Positions 38,093 to 47,258 of a stretch of 56,079 bases of DNA are shown here, in pieces. Within the stretch, counting starts at the first letter, position 1. Each line of letters starts with the position of its first letter. The stretch covers positions 1 to 56,079 of IMG/VR virus record IMGVR_UViG_3300036945_000489. The stretch is one strand, 5' to 3'. Both the position numbers and the translations under genes were made by a program. This stretch comes from a virus. Taxonomy: Duplodnaviria > Caudoviricetes. A model generated the notes under the pieces. The model saw only the letters and a list, made by a program, of their open reading frames with translations, had not been told where the DNA came from and ran no database searches.

Positions 38093-38968
38093 TCAAACAA
38101 TTCGTCTAGATTTTGAGTAATCTTTTCCAAAGTCTGCGAATAGGGCCTTGTCAGCTTCACGTTGAGCAGTGCTACGTGACCAAGAATATCCTGCGTCTCC
38201 ACCCCATGCAAGCCACATGATGTATCCATTAGATGGGTTAGCTGAGTTTCCCCAGTCCTTGCCCTTCTTGTCTACTTCGTGACGTGAGAAGTATGAGTAC
38301 ATACGCTTAACAGTACTCAGAGAGACTGTTTCTCCTCTTGCAAGCTGTCCTGCACGAGTCCAACCTACTGCTGTACCAGCTCCAGTAGCTTTACCATCTT
38401 CTTTAAACTTAATAGCACGACGTGCTGCAGATCTTGCACCTGCTGGTGGAGAGTATCCTTCAGCCTTGTCCATGTATTCCATGTCTTCGTAATCTTCTAG
38501 ACTAATTCTAGGCATATCAGTTCTCATGATGTTTGACATCAAAGCCCCAACGGAGTATGGTGTATAGCAATAGGATCCGTCTTCTTCTTCTTCAAGCATT
38601 CTAATAGCTACCGCTGGATTTTCAGGAGTTGACTCTACTGAATAAGGATTTCCAGGCTGACCGTATGTTCCGCCTTCAACCATCACGTGCTCTACCTGGC
38701 CAATAAAGGTGCCACCTTCTGGATGCATAGCCATAACAAAGTCACCCTCAACGATTCTATCGTCTGATTTCTTTACTGGAATACAGTTAGGTACCATCTT
38801 GCCATTCTTTGGCTTCATGCCACGCTGTACGTAGCCATCCCAACAAGGAGATTGCTTTTCTACAGACTCGTCTGGACAGCAGTCTACCTTTTTAACGGAG
38901 CAAACCTTACACATTGGATCATCGCACATAGCGGAATCAGGAGTACATTCTTTCATCATTTCATTCAT
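38093..38968 (-). CDS. Modular hypothetical protein (possibly head-associated)
   Basis: PCWDGY...MVPNC module; GT.VG..RA.QLA.G..VS..TVKRM.SYF.RH...WLAWGGD module seen in phage head-region proteins. Confidence 0.6.
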   Translation of the reverse strand: MNEMMKECTPDSAMCDDPMCKVCSVKKVDCCPDESVEKQSPCWDGYVQRGMKPKNGKMVPNCIPVKKSDDRIVEGDFVMAMHPEGGTFIGQVEHVMVEGGTYGQPGNPYSVESTPENPAVAIRMLEEEEDGSYCYTPYSVGALMSNIMRTDMPRISLEDYEDMEYMDKAEGYSPPAGARSAARRAIKFKEDGKATGAGTAVGWTRAGQLARGETVSLSTVKRMYSYFSRHEVDKKGKDWGNSANPSNGYIMWLAWGGDAGYSWSRSTAQREADKALFADFGKDYSKSRRIV

Positions 38969-38996
38969 ACATAAAGTATACCATAAAAACTAGAAA

Positions 38997-39083
38997 GCCC
39001 CCATACAGGCAATTCAAGCACGAAGGCCACGGTCATAAAATAGGTAACTAATCCATCCTAAGCGTAGTCCTGTATGGGGACAC
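38997..39083 (-). ncRNA. Putative stand-alone ~90 nt small RNA
   Basis: 11-bp terminal stem CCCCATACAGG/CCTGTATGGGG; TATAAT just upstream; U-rich tail. Confidence 0.55.
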
Positions 39084-39096
39084 TTCTATTATACTA

Positions 39097-39489
39097 CTAA
39101 TTGATAGCGATATTCTTTGGTTTCTTTTCTTCTGGTACATTACGCACTAGATCAATGTAAAGAATACCGTCTTCAAATCCAGCAGACTCTACCTCAAAGT
39201 ACTCAGGTAGGTTAAAGGCACGAGAGAACTTACGAGCAGCAATCCCCTTGTGGAGATATGACTTTTCATCAGCCTCTGGCTTGTCTGCTTTAATAGATAG
39301 AACATTTTTCTCAGTAGTAATACTGATTTCGTCCTTCTTGAATCCAGCTACCGCAAATTCCATAACGATCTTGTCTTCATCAATCTTGACAATGTTGTAT
39401 GGTGGGTAGCTGGTGGTTGTTGGTTTTGTGAATACCTTCTCAAATTCCTGAGCAAGGGTTCCGTAAAATGGGTCATTAAAAATAACCAT
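39097..39489 (-). CDS. Small heat-shock protein (Hsp20/IbpA-like)
   Basis: YPPYNI, AVAGF, YLHKGIAARKFSRAF.L, DGIL.I.L...PEEKKP. Confidence 0.95.
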   Translation of the reverse strand: MVIFNDPFYGTLAQEFEKVFTKPTTTSYPPYNIVKIDEDKIVMEFAVAGFKKDEISITTEKNVLSIKADKPEADEKSYLHKGIAARKFSRAFNLPEYFEVESAGFEDGILYIDLVRNVPEEKKPKNIAIN

Positions 39490-39498
39490 ATGTATCAT

Positions 39499-39540
39499 CT
39501 CCTTATATTAAGCGAGTTAATGTCCCCCAAATGGGCAGAC
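39499..39540 (-). promoter_or_regulatory. ROSE-like RNA thermometer in the hsp20 5' UTR
   Basis: CUC(G)CUUA-AUA-UAAGGAG hairpin occluding the SD, preceded by a second hairpin. Confidence 0.6.
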
Positions 39541-39604
39541 AAAATAATTATAGCATAAGAAAAGAGGTAATGCAAATGCATTACCCCTGATCTTTTAGAA
39601 GATA

Positions 39605-39889
39605 TTACTTCTTCTTTGGAGTTACCTTTGTAACTACGTTCTTTACCTTTGCTGGAGCCTTCTTTGGCGTAGCTGCCTTTACAGCAACCTCAACTTCTTC
39701 AGCACTTGGTGTACGACCAAACGCTGCGTCATTAGGATTGATGTAACGAATAGCTACAGGTGCAATTGCTGCTACCAGAGACCATGCAAGGTCTGCTGGA
39801 TCAGTTACTCCAGCCAGGTACAGTGCTGTACCAGCTGACAATACGCTACGTGCATATGATGCTAGTAGTGCTTTTAGTGATTTACTCAT
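39605..39889 (-). CDS. Membrane protein (holin-like) with Lys/Ala/Pro tail
   Basis: Two hydrophobic segments, R.INP.D..FG. Confidence 0.55.
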   Translation of the reverse strand: MSKSLKALLASYARSVLSAGTALYLAGVTDPADLAWSLVAAIAPVAIRYINPNDAAFGRTPSAEEVEVAVKAATPKKAPAKVKNVVTKVTPKKK

Positions 39890-40292
39890 TGTTATTTTCC
39901 TTTTCTGGCATTACCTCTGCCAATGTCTTATATGCTTGTATAAGAGTTTTTACATTAAGATCCTTAGTCTTGCTAAGCTTAGGCAAAACAGGTTCAACTG
40001 ATTCCTGAAAGTCTTTCATCTTACCCTGGACATCTTCTATGTATGAGAATGCCCAGTCTCTAGAGTTAGAAAGGAACTTTATAAAACCATCGTCTTCCTT
40101 CAAAGAGTTAGCATCTTTTTCAGCTGCCAGTGTTGCTACTCTTTCAAGCAGAATGCTTTTATCTATTATCAATTGATCCAGGCTTGCCTGCATCTTATCT
40201 TTTTGTAGCTTTAGCTTATATACCAAGAAGGTCAAGGTAGCGATTAGTCCTAGTGATATTGCAAATACAATAATGTCTATTAGATTTTGCAT
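39882..40292 (-). CDS. Membrane-anchored coiled-coil protein
   Basis: N-terminal TM; FIKFLS.SRDWAF.YIE.VQ. Confidence 0.6.
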   Translation of the reverse strand: MQNLIDIIVFAISLGLIATLTFLVYKLKLQKDKMQASLDQLIIDKSILLERVATLAAEKDANSLKEDDGFIKFLSNSRDWAFSYIEDVQGKMKDFQESVEPVLPKLSKTKDLNVKTLIQAYKTLAEVMPEKENNNE

Positions 40293-40293
40293 A

Positions 40294-40539
40294 CTAGATC
40301 TCCTTCCCACCCTTGCGTTGTAGAAGTACAATTGCTCCATTGTCTTCTAGTGCCGCTTTAACCTTTGCCATATATTCTGCAGCACGTCTTTTATCTTCAT
40401 CAAGAAGAGACATGAATTGGTTTTCACTAGCAGTGACTGAGAGGAAGTGCTCATGATCTTTAATTTCTAGCTCAAAGCCTTTTGGTGCTAAGTGGCTAAG
40501 TGAGTGAGCTGCTGCTCTCATAGAATCCGTATATGTCAT
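40294..40539 (-). CDS. Hypothetical protein
   Basis: Coupled downstream of whiB. Confidence 0.6.
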   Translation of the reverse strand: MTYTDSMRAAAHSLSHLAPKGFELEIKDHEHFLSVTASENQFMSLLDEDKRRAAEYMAKVKAALEDNGAIVLLQRKGGKEI

Positions 40540-40832
40540 TTGTCATCCCCCCTGTCGTTAGTTAGATATTGCCAAGTCTCTGCCCACTGTTGCTTGGTTC
40601 TGTGTCTACCAAATTCTCTAGACGGTTTACCGCCATCAATATAGACACCACCCCAAACACCAGTTTCTTTTTGTGTAATTCCAACTGCAAAACATTGTCT
40701 TGCAACTGGGCATCCTGAACACAGCTTATCAATAGCTGGTCGTAAACTTAAGTCTTCCTCGTACTTATCAAAGAACAAGTTGACATCAAAGTCTTTACAG
40801 GAAGCATCATCCATCCAGTCGTTTTTGCTCAT
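40536..40832 (-). CDS. whiB: WhiB-family Fe-S transcription factor
   Basis: W...ASC, LFF, C.GCPV..QC, GVWGG. Confidence 0.9.
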   Translation of the reverse strand: MSKNDWMDDASCKDFDVNLFFDKYEEDLSLRPAIDKLCSGCPVARQCFAVGITQKETGVWGGVYIDGGKPSREFGRHRTKQQWAETWQYLTNDRGDDK

Positions 40833-41046
40833 AATTACCAGCAAACCTGTCTGGGATATCCCATCCATTTATGTTTGGCACGAATCTCTTTTGAAGATGC
40901 CAAACTCCACTGACATACGCACCAAATTTTGAGGTACGTCCCTTGTCTGATGGATATGAGTTAACTACAACCCATCCATCCCAATGTAAAGATCTGTTAC
41001 GCTTAACGATCTTTTCCATTTCACCTAATGACTTTATAACTGCCAT
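40807..41046 (-). CDS. Hypothetical protein
   Basis: L.WDGW.V motif. Confidence 0.6.
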   Translation of the reverse strand: MAVIKSLGEMEKIVKRNRSLHWDGWVVVNSYPSDKGRTSKFGAYVSGVWHLQKRFVPNINGWDIPDRFAGNYEQKRLDG

Positions 41047-41118
41047 TTTTTTATTCCTAGTGTTTTATTTTTTTCACTCACATATTCCGTGAGTCATCCT
41101 GTATAGGTACAGGAATCT

Positions 41119-41469
41119 TTAATATCTGTAAACGCCAACTTCAATGTCTTTGTTTTCAGCTAAGGTTACCAAGTCTGACAGTGACTCTTTAGGCTTGCTA
41201 AAGAATGCGAAGTATCCAACCTTCTGGATGTTCTCTCTAATCCAACTTGGTGGAACCTTAATAAATCTAATCTTAATTCCACGGCCCTTGAGACTACGCT
41301 CAGAGACATTGGAGAACTCCATCCCCATCTCGTTAATGTGAGATGGTCCTGCAGAGTATAGCAAAATCTCTTTGTCATCTTCAGGCTTAGTAGACATGGC
41401 TGTTCCCATTGCTCTAAGGAAGATACCGTAGTCGTCAAATGATTTAGTTCCCTGAACTGCTATTATCAT
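41119..41469 (-). CDS. SLOG/YspA-like protein
   Basis: MIIAVQGTKSFDDY N-terminus. Confidence 0.5.
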   Translation of the reverse strand: MIIAVQGTKSFDDYGIFLRAMGTAMSTKPEDDKEILLYSAGPSHINEMGMEFSNVSERSLKGRGIKIRFIKVPPSWIRENIQKVGYFAFFSKPKESLSDLVTLAENKDIEVGVYRY

Positions 41470-41866
41470 TTGTCAATCCTTCCGTTAATTGTTCTACAAT
41501 AAAAACAAGCTTATCCAATTGTACCTTATCCATGTCCATTGTGTCAACCTCTTTTACTGATTCTTCAGATACTGATCCATTCAAAAGCTCAGCTACGTAT
41601 AGCTTGTTTCCTGCTATCCAGTATGCCTCATTGCTAGTAAAGATTATTCGTACCTGAGTACTCTTGATATGCTTACTAGACTGAGTAGGCTTTTTATCCT
41701 TTAGGTCTGGTATCAGGTATGGCAACACTGGCCTTAGAAGATCGTATGTATATGATTGTGAGTACCTGACATCAAGGGGTATATTCTTCTTGCTCTCAGC
41801 AACTGCCTTACGTGACAAAACAAGCATCACAAATAAGGTTAGCAGCGAACCAATTAGATATTCCAT
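41444..41866 (-). CDS. Membrane-anchored hypothetical protein
   Basis: N-terminal TM. Confidence 0.6.
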   Translation of the reverse strand: MEYLIGSLLTLFVMLVLSRKAVAESKKNIPLDVRYSQSYTYDLLRPVLPYLIPDLKDKKPTQSSKHIKSTQVRIIFTSNEAYWIAGNKLYVAELLNGSVSEESVKEVDTMDMDKVQLDKLVFIVEQLTEGLTNDNSSSGN

Positions 41867-41952
41867 ATTCCCTAAACTATCAATACTCTATATAATATTA
41901 TATCCTATCTGACTTTAATCAGTGTGTCAAATAGGGCATAATTAAAATATTG

Positions 41953-42189
41953 TTAGTCGTCTCCCTGTGTTCTATTCTGAACCAGGCGATGTCTTTCATC
42001 TTCAATCTTGAAGGCAAACTTCATCATCTTGTCATAACCAACTGCATTGTTAACAACCTTTTCGTAGTGATGACCACAGAAAAGCAACTCTCCAGCTACG
42101 CCTGTAGCCTTTACGTATGCTTGTGCAGTACAATCTCTAGAGTCACAACGATCGTTAGCAGTAAGTACCCACTCTAATGTCTCTACCAT
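41953..42189 (-). CDS. Actinobacterial small Zn-binding protein
   Basis: LTANDRCD..C.AQAYV...GELLFCGHH. Confidence 0.7.
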   Translation of the reverse strand: MVETLEWVLTANDRCDSRDCTAQAYVKATGVAGELLFCGHHYEKVVNNAVGYDKMMKFAFKIEDERHRLVQNRTQGDD

Positions 42190-42365
42190 TACTTATCCTT
42201 TGAATAAAATCCGCTACCCTTGAACTGAATGCCAAGGGATCCAATAACTTGATTCATCTGCTCCCCACACTTTTCACAAAGGTGAATTGGTGATGGGTCA
42301 TGAATGCTTCTAATCTCTACAAGATTAGTCTCACATTCTCTACAGGCATATTCATATGTTGGCAT
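42189..42365 (-). CDS. FmdB-family zinc-ribbon protein
   Basis: MPTYEYACREC...CEKCG.......GIQFKGSGFY; below the ORF-track cutoff. Confidence 0.85.
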   Translation of the reverse strand: MPTYEYACRECETNLVEIRSIHDPSPIHLCEKCGEQMNQVIGSLGIQFKGSGFYSKDK

Positions 42366-42794
42366 TTATATTTCTCCCACTCTATCGCTACAGATAGCGT
42401 ACATGTTAGTTTTATTAGATGTTCCTTCAAGATCTACGAGAACGGTTCTGTCTGTAGTTTCTTTTCCTGGATAGGCCCATATAAAGCCTTGGCTAGTTAA
42501 AGTATAGTCGTCTTCCTGATGCCAGAAATAGTTTAGCTGTGGAAAGGTAGTGTTTAAAAAGTGCAAGGCATCTAGATTCTTACAGTGAATCCATGCAGCA
42601 TGTCCAATGTCTAACAGGAAAGTCTCTTTAATTAAGTACTCTGGTCCATTGTGACCAAGCCACAACAAGCCACTAATCTTCCATAGATCAAACTCTACAT
42701 CATAACCAGCATTAACCGCATCCATAAGGTAGTCTGCCTGGTTCTCTTTGTGAGATGGTCCATTGACATTGCCACGATGTGCAATCTTAATCAT
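42366..42794 (-). CDS. GDPD-like phosphodiesterase
   Basis: IAHRGN, EN, GYDVEFD, LGH, WIHCKN. Confidence 0.75.
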   Translation of the reverse strand: MIKIAHRGNVNGPSHKENQADYLMDAVNAGYDVEFDLWKISGLLWLGHNGPEYLIKETFLLDIGHAAWIHCKNLDALHFLNTTFPQLNYFWHQEDDYTLTSQGFIWAYPGKETTDRTVLVDLEGTSNKTNMYAICSDRVGEI

Positions 42795-43498
42795 CCAATG
42801 ACCTCATTAATATAGCTATTCATGTCTTCTGGAGTTCCAAGACCGTGCATCTCATCCACAAAGTATGGGACAATCTTTTGGCCGTCAGCGATTGCTTCGT
42901 TATATACTGGTGCAATGTAGAACTCATTGTTAGTTCTAATGTCCTTGGATATCATTTGCTCAGCATACTTTACGTAGTCTGCCCCAGATTTCCATCCGTA
43001 TATGCCAACGCTAGCATTATTGCTAATGACTTTCTTTTCTGCAACCTCAGTGATCAATCCATCATTAATTTTGGCATATGACCACTTAGTTTCGTCTGCG
43101 TGGAATAGGGCTATAACGCCCTGTGAGGCCATTAGGGAGCTAAAGGCCAAACCATCCCATGCTACTACCTGGTCTGAATTTGCAATTAAGAGCGGAGTGT
43201 TATTATCAATCAATTCTTTTGCCAATAGGGTAGTTCTTGCAGCACCATCTGTCAGTCCATCTACTTCAATTACCATACATCCTGGAGCAATTCCATCAAG
43301 AACATCGTCAAGATGATACTTTACCCTGTGATCCTTTTGAACAAGAAATATGTAGTTGCCATCAATACCCAGGCTTTCAACAACAAGCTGAATCATTGGC
43401 TTACCAAATATCTTGATGAGTGGCTTTGGTAGGGAGTATCCCTTTTCAGCAAATCTGCTGCCCATGCCTGCCATTGGGATTAAAACATTAGGCTTCAT
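42791..43498 (-). CDS. Sugar-phosphate nucleotidyltransferase family protein
   Basis: IPMAGMGSRF...PKPLI, NSDQ, AEK, GLGTPED. Confidence 0.85.
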   Translation of the reverse strand: MKPNVLIPMAGMGSRFAEKGYSLPKPLIKIFGKPMIQLVVESLGIDGNYIFLVQKDHRVKYHLDDVLDGIAPGCMVIEVDGLTDGAARTTLLAKELIDNNTPLLIANSDQVVAWDGLAFSSLMASQGVIALFHADETKWSYAKINDGLITEVAEKKVISNNASVGIYGWKSGADYVKYAEQMISKDIRTNNEFYIAPVYNEAIADGQKIVPYFVDEMHGLGTPEDMNSYINEVIG

Positions 43499-44114
43499 TT
43501 AGTTCCTCTACAACTCTTAAAATTCTATCAAAAAATATGTCTGATCTATTTATAACTGGCTCAACTGATGCACCACTTGCATAGGCTGCAGCCAGGCCAA
43601 CTGGGCTATCTTCAAAAATAACTGTGTTGTCTTTGTTAGTTTCAAAGTAATTGATTACCTTGTTATATATTTCTGGACTTGGCTTTGGTAATGAAACATC
43701 TTCATTACTCAAAGAGTAGTCAATCAATTCTATCAGACCAAGGGACTTTAAGCAACCATCTAGAGTCTTTCTAATGCTATTGCTTGCAACGCCAATCTTT
43801 ATATTGTTTGACCTAATAAACTTAAATAGATTTATTAGCTCTTTGTCTTGAGAAACGCTAGTAAAAAGGGTTGCAGAGTATTCCTGCTTTAATCTCCAGA
43901 TGTCTTCGTGCAAACTTTCAGGCAAGTCTTTTATCTTTGTTAAGATATTTAGTTTAGCTTTAGTTGTCAAACCCTCAAAGATGTTATCCTGCTCATCCCT
44001 AGTTATAATTAGGTCACTACCAAATTCATCTAGTGCCAGGTTGAGAGCATTGAAGTGAATCTCTTTGCTATCAATCAGAACACCATCCAAGTCAAAGATG
44101 ATTGCTTTATTCAT
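43488..44114 (-). CDS. HAD-family phosphatase
   Basis: FDLDGVL, ASNS, KPSPE, FEDS..G. Confidence 0.9.
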   Translation of the reverse strand: MNKAIIFDLDGVLIDSKEIHFNALNLALDEFGSDLIITRDEQDNIFEGLTTKAKLNILTKIKDLPESLHEDIWRLKQEYSATLFTSVSQDKELINLFKFIRSNNIKIGVASNSIRKTLDGCLKSLGLIELIDYSLSNEDVSLPKPSPEIYNKVINYFETNKDNTVIFEDSPVGLAAAYASGASVEPVINRSDIFFDRILRVVEELNEA

Positions 44115-45204
44115 TTCTATTTAAGAATGCCTTCACATGACTGTCTAGCTCTATGGTCTTCTTAAAATCCTCAACTGATCTCTCTGGATTTTGAATTGAG
44201 AAATAGTTTAGGTTTTGATAGTAAGCAATGTTCTTATAGAAGTTGTGAAGCTCTTGAACATAGTATAGATTGCTCAGGTTCTTCGTTGTTTCTCCTGGAG
44301 CTGGTATTGATACTATGAGCGGTGTAGTGATTTCTATCATGGTGCCGCCTGGTTGCATGAGGGCTGCGTTAGTCAAACCAGATCCAGTCAATGAGGCAAT
44401 GGTCTTGACTGTGTGAAAGAAGTCAACCTGATCCTGAAAAGTTTCAAATGTTTCTGAGTACACAATCTCATAACCAAGATCCACAAAGACACGCTCAAGC
44501 TCTTCGTGACTATCCATTCTATAGTCTTTAGTAAAAGAAAGTCCGTTAGCTCTAACCTTTTCTTCATCTAGATCTTCTAGGTTTTGACCATAAGCAAGCT
44601 TTCTGCTTACAAAAACATTTCTGTATGGCTTTTGCCCCCTTGTGTTTATTGAAGGCTCAAAGAAATCATATATGATGCTTGTCTTCCTATTTGAGTCTGA
44701 TGGGTAATCAGCAACAATAAAGTTATCCATATAGATAATTTCATATTCTCTTAGATTCACAAGAGTATACTTTATCTTTTTGTCAATTAGTCGTCTAACG
44801 AAATGATTTATATAGTCCCAGTCTTTACTCTTGCTATAGACAACGTCTGATATGTTGCTAATATCTAGGATTACGTCATGGTCTGGGTGCTCTTCTATGG
44901 CAGCAATTAATTCAGATAGGTTGTCTAGAACTGAGTGGTAGAAACTTCTACAAAAAGATTTAACTAGCTTTTTTCTACCGTCAATTAGATTAAGAGATAG
45001 CACACCATCAGATTCAATGTACCCTGGAATAACGTTCTCATTTTTTCTAAAATAGAAAAGATCGTCGCTAGTCCTTGGGTTTATGTTTTTGATGGTGTGC
45101 ATCCCATTAAAAGTTGGCAGAGTCACATTCTGTGTAGCCTCTACGTCTGGAACATCTATAGTTACAACCTGATCTACTCTTGTAAACCAACTCTTAAGAC
45201 CCAT
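44107..45204 (-). CDS. GT61 (DUF563) glycosyltransferase
   Basis: FYH, VFVSR, DQV.FF, TGSGLTN..LM.PG.TMIEI. Confidence 0.75.
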   Translation of the reverse strand: MGLKSWFTRVDQVVTIDVPDVEATQNVTLPTFNGMHTIKNINPRTSDDLFYFRKNENVIPGYIESDGVLSLNLIDGRKKLVKSFCRSFYHSVLDNLSELIAAIEEHPDHDVILDISNISDVVYSKSKDWDYINHFVRRLIDKKIKYTLVNLREYEIIYMDNFIVADYPSDSNRKTSIIYDFFEPSINTRGQKPYRNVFVSRKLAYGQNLEDLDEEKVRANGLSFTKDYRMDSHEELERVFVDLGYEIVYSETFETFQDQVDFFHTVKTIASLTGSGLTNAALMQPGGTMIEITTPLIVSIPAPGETTKNLSNLYYVQELHNFYKNIAYYQNLNYFSIQNPERSVEDFKKTIELDSHVKAFLNRNE

Positions 45205-45211
45205 ATTAAAC

Positions 45212-46042
45212 CTAGCCCAAAGCCTTCCAGGTAAGGTTTCCTACAGCACCATCTGGCTTTGTAATTTCCTTACGAGTCTTTTGGAACTTAACAACTGCAG
45301 CCTTTGTGACATTATCAAATGTACCAGTAACTGGAACATCTAGTCTAGTCTGAAGCCACCTAACAGCATCACCAGTTGATCCAACCTTTAGCTCAGCCTT
45401 TAGTGCTGGCTTTGATGGTTTTACTGGTGCTGGTGCAGCCTTAGCCTCTGCCTTCTTGGCTGCCAACTCTTTGTCAACAGCTGCTGCCTGTGCCTCGTTG
45501 TGCTCTGGTGCTTCTGCTACTGGGTCACCCTTTTTAGCAACAACTGCTGCTGAAGCAATAGCCTTCTCAGATGCAATGAGTGCCTTGAAGAATGCAATTG
45601 GCTCAATGTAGTTCTTGCCATTAGCATCCCAGATGTGCTTGTTGCCAAGACGTAGCTCCCAGTGTAGGTGCTTGCCAGTTGACATACCAGTAGTACCCAT
45701 CTTACCAAGTGGAGTACCAGCTTCAATCTTCTGGCCCTTCTTAACCTTTATGGATCCGTCCTGCATGTGTGCGAATAGAGTGGTGTACTCTTTACCATTA
45801 ATCTTCATCAAGATAATTACATAGTTACCAAAGCCACCGCCTGGGGCTGTTGACTTCTTTGCTTCAATTACCTTACCGTCAAATGGTGCTTCAATCCAGC
45901 ATGGCTCGTGTGGAGACCAAATGTCTGTTCCGTTGTGGTGCTTCTTTTGCTTAGTAACAGGATGGATTCTCATCCCCATAAGCGAGGTAGCCTTGAAATC
46001 TTTTCCAAGCTTACCGTCAATTGGAAATTGTGCCTTTGCCAT
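45212..46042 (-). CDS. Endolysin: M23 peptidase plus peptidoglycan-binding domain
   Basis: HNGTD, GGFGNYV, STGKHLHWE; LKVGSTG.AV.WLQ..L...DG.VG..TW.AL. Confidence 0.9.
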   Translation of the reverse strand: MAKAQFPIDGKLGKDFKATSLMGMRIHPVTKQKKHHNGTDIWSPHEPCWIEAPFDGKVIEAKKSTAPGGGFGNYVIILMKINGKEYTTLFAHMQDGSIKVKKGQKIEAGTPLGKMGTTGMSTGKHLHWELRLGNKHIWDANGKNYIEPIAFFKALIASEKAIASAAVVAKKGDPVAEAPEHNEAQAAAVDKELAAKKAEAKAAPAPVKPSKPALKAELKVGSTGDAVRWLQTRLDVPVTGTFDNVTKAAVVKFQKTRKEITKPDGAVGNLTWKALG

Positions 46043-46077
46043 ATTTCCTCCTTTAGTTATAACTCTATTATAGCATT

Positions 46078-46152
46078 TGGAGCCACCTGTCAGGATTGAA
46101 CTGACGACCTGCTCATTACAAGTGAGCTGCTCTACCACTGAGCTAAGGAGGC
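46078..46152 (-). tRNA. tRNA-Thr(TGT)
   Basis: GCTCA-CTTGTAA-TGAGC; encoded CCA. Confidence 0.92.
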
Positions 46153-46324
46153 GTTTGCCAGTCGTGGTCACCTATTGGTTAAGGGTTCATTCCCACTGGC
46201 TGTATATACTAGTTCTCGCTTCAACACGGAGTCTATGAGTCTGAACACCTTCACCCCACGGCTGGAACACGGACAGCTTCATATATACGATCTCCACATA
46301 GATTATTCAGACCTATGCTTTGAG

Positions 46325-46397
46325 CGTCCTGGATGGGATTTGAACCCACGATCCCCTGGCTGACAACCAGGTGCTTTAACCGCTAAGCCACCAAGAC
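46325..46397 (-). tRNA. tRNA-Asp(GTC)
   Basis: CCTGG-TTGTCAG-CCAGG. Confidence 0.9.
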
Positions 46398-46488
46398 AAG
46401 TTAGAGATAGACCTTCCGCAGCAAATCTATCCCCCAGCAGCTTCGTAGTGAAGCGAGAATTCCCATTCCAGAAGGAAACTGCTGTTTG

Positions 46489-46559
46489 AGCGTATGACAG
46501 GAATCGAACCTGCGCCTCTAACTTGGAAGGATAGGGCACTACCATTATGCAACATACGC
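46489..46559 (-). tRNA. tRNA-Gly(TCC)
   Basis: GCGTATG acceptor, CTTCCAA loop. Confidence 0.88.
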
Positions 46560-46609
46560 ATTGCTTGCTTTTATCCCATACCCAGGAGTGGTGCAAGCGG
46601 AACCATTAG

Positions 46610-46681
46610 CTCCCCACCGTGGATTCGAACCACGAACCAATTCATTAACAGTGAAACGCTCTGCCGTTGAGCTAGTGAGGA
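46610..46681 (-). tRNA. tRNA-Asn(GTT)
   Basis: TCCTCAC acceptor, CTGTTAA loop. Confidence 0.9.
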
Positions 46682-46687
46682 AAGTCT

Positions 46688-47110
46688 TTATTTAATTATT
46701 CTTTGCTGCGTTCTTTCTCTATGACAGTTAGAACATACAATTTCACACTTTTCTATTTCATCTAATAGTCTTTGCCTAGATACTGATCCCTGAACCAGCT
46801 TAGCAATGTCTCTATCTTTGTTTCCACGAACATGATCAAAATCCATCACATAATATGGATAAGACTTCTTGCAATCCATACAGGGAACAGACTCTTTCAT
46901 GCTCCTTACAAATTTTTTATTTTCATCTACTACCCTTTTGCGTCTTGCGTATATTTGCTTTTTCATTTCTTCTGGATTTTCTAAATATCTTTTTTTAGAT
47001 TTCAGATTGTCACAAGGACGACAAAAATTTTGCAGGCCACTAGAGTTAGCTTTATTTTTATTAAAGTTATCTATAGATACTTCTTTTTTGCAGTGCGAAC
47101 AATATTTCAT
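46688..47110 (-). CDS. HNH endonuclease with N-terminal Zn finger
   Basis: KYCSHC...F.....GL...CRPC; PCMDC...PYYVMDFDHV...EIEKCEIVCSNCHRERT. Confidence 0.82.
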   Translation of the reverse strand: MKYCSHCKKEVSIDNFNKNKANSSGLQNFCRPCDNLKSKKRYLENPEEMKKQIYARRKRVVDENKKFVRSMKESVPCMDCKKSYPYYVMDFDHVRGNKDRDIAKLVQGSVSRQRLLDEIEKCEIVCSNCHRERTQQRIIK

Positions 47111-47147
47111 AATGTTAATTATAACATATAGTTCACATCTTTGTCAA

Positions 47148-47258
47148 CTATTTAGTTACTAGGCGACGCTTCTCAGCATCCCAAACCTTTGGACGCTTCT
47201 TAGAAGCCTTACCACTTGGTCTGGAGTCATTACGATTTCCCTTTGTTTTAGCAGCCAT
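47148..47258 (-). CDS. Small basic peptide
   Basis: GAAAGG RBS; MAAKTKGNRNDSRPSGKASKKRPKVWDAEKRRLVTK. Confidence 0.5.
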   Translation of the reverse strand: MAAKTKGNRNDSRPSGKASKKRPKVWDAEKRRLVTK

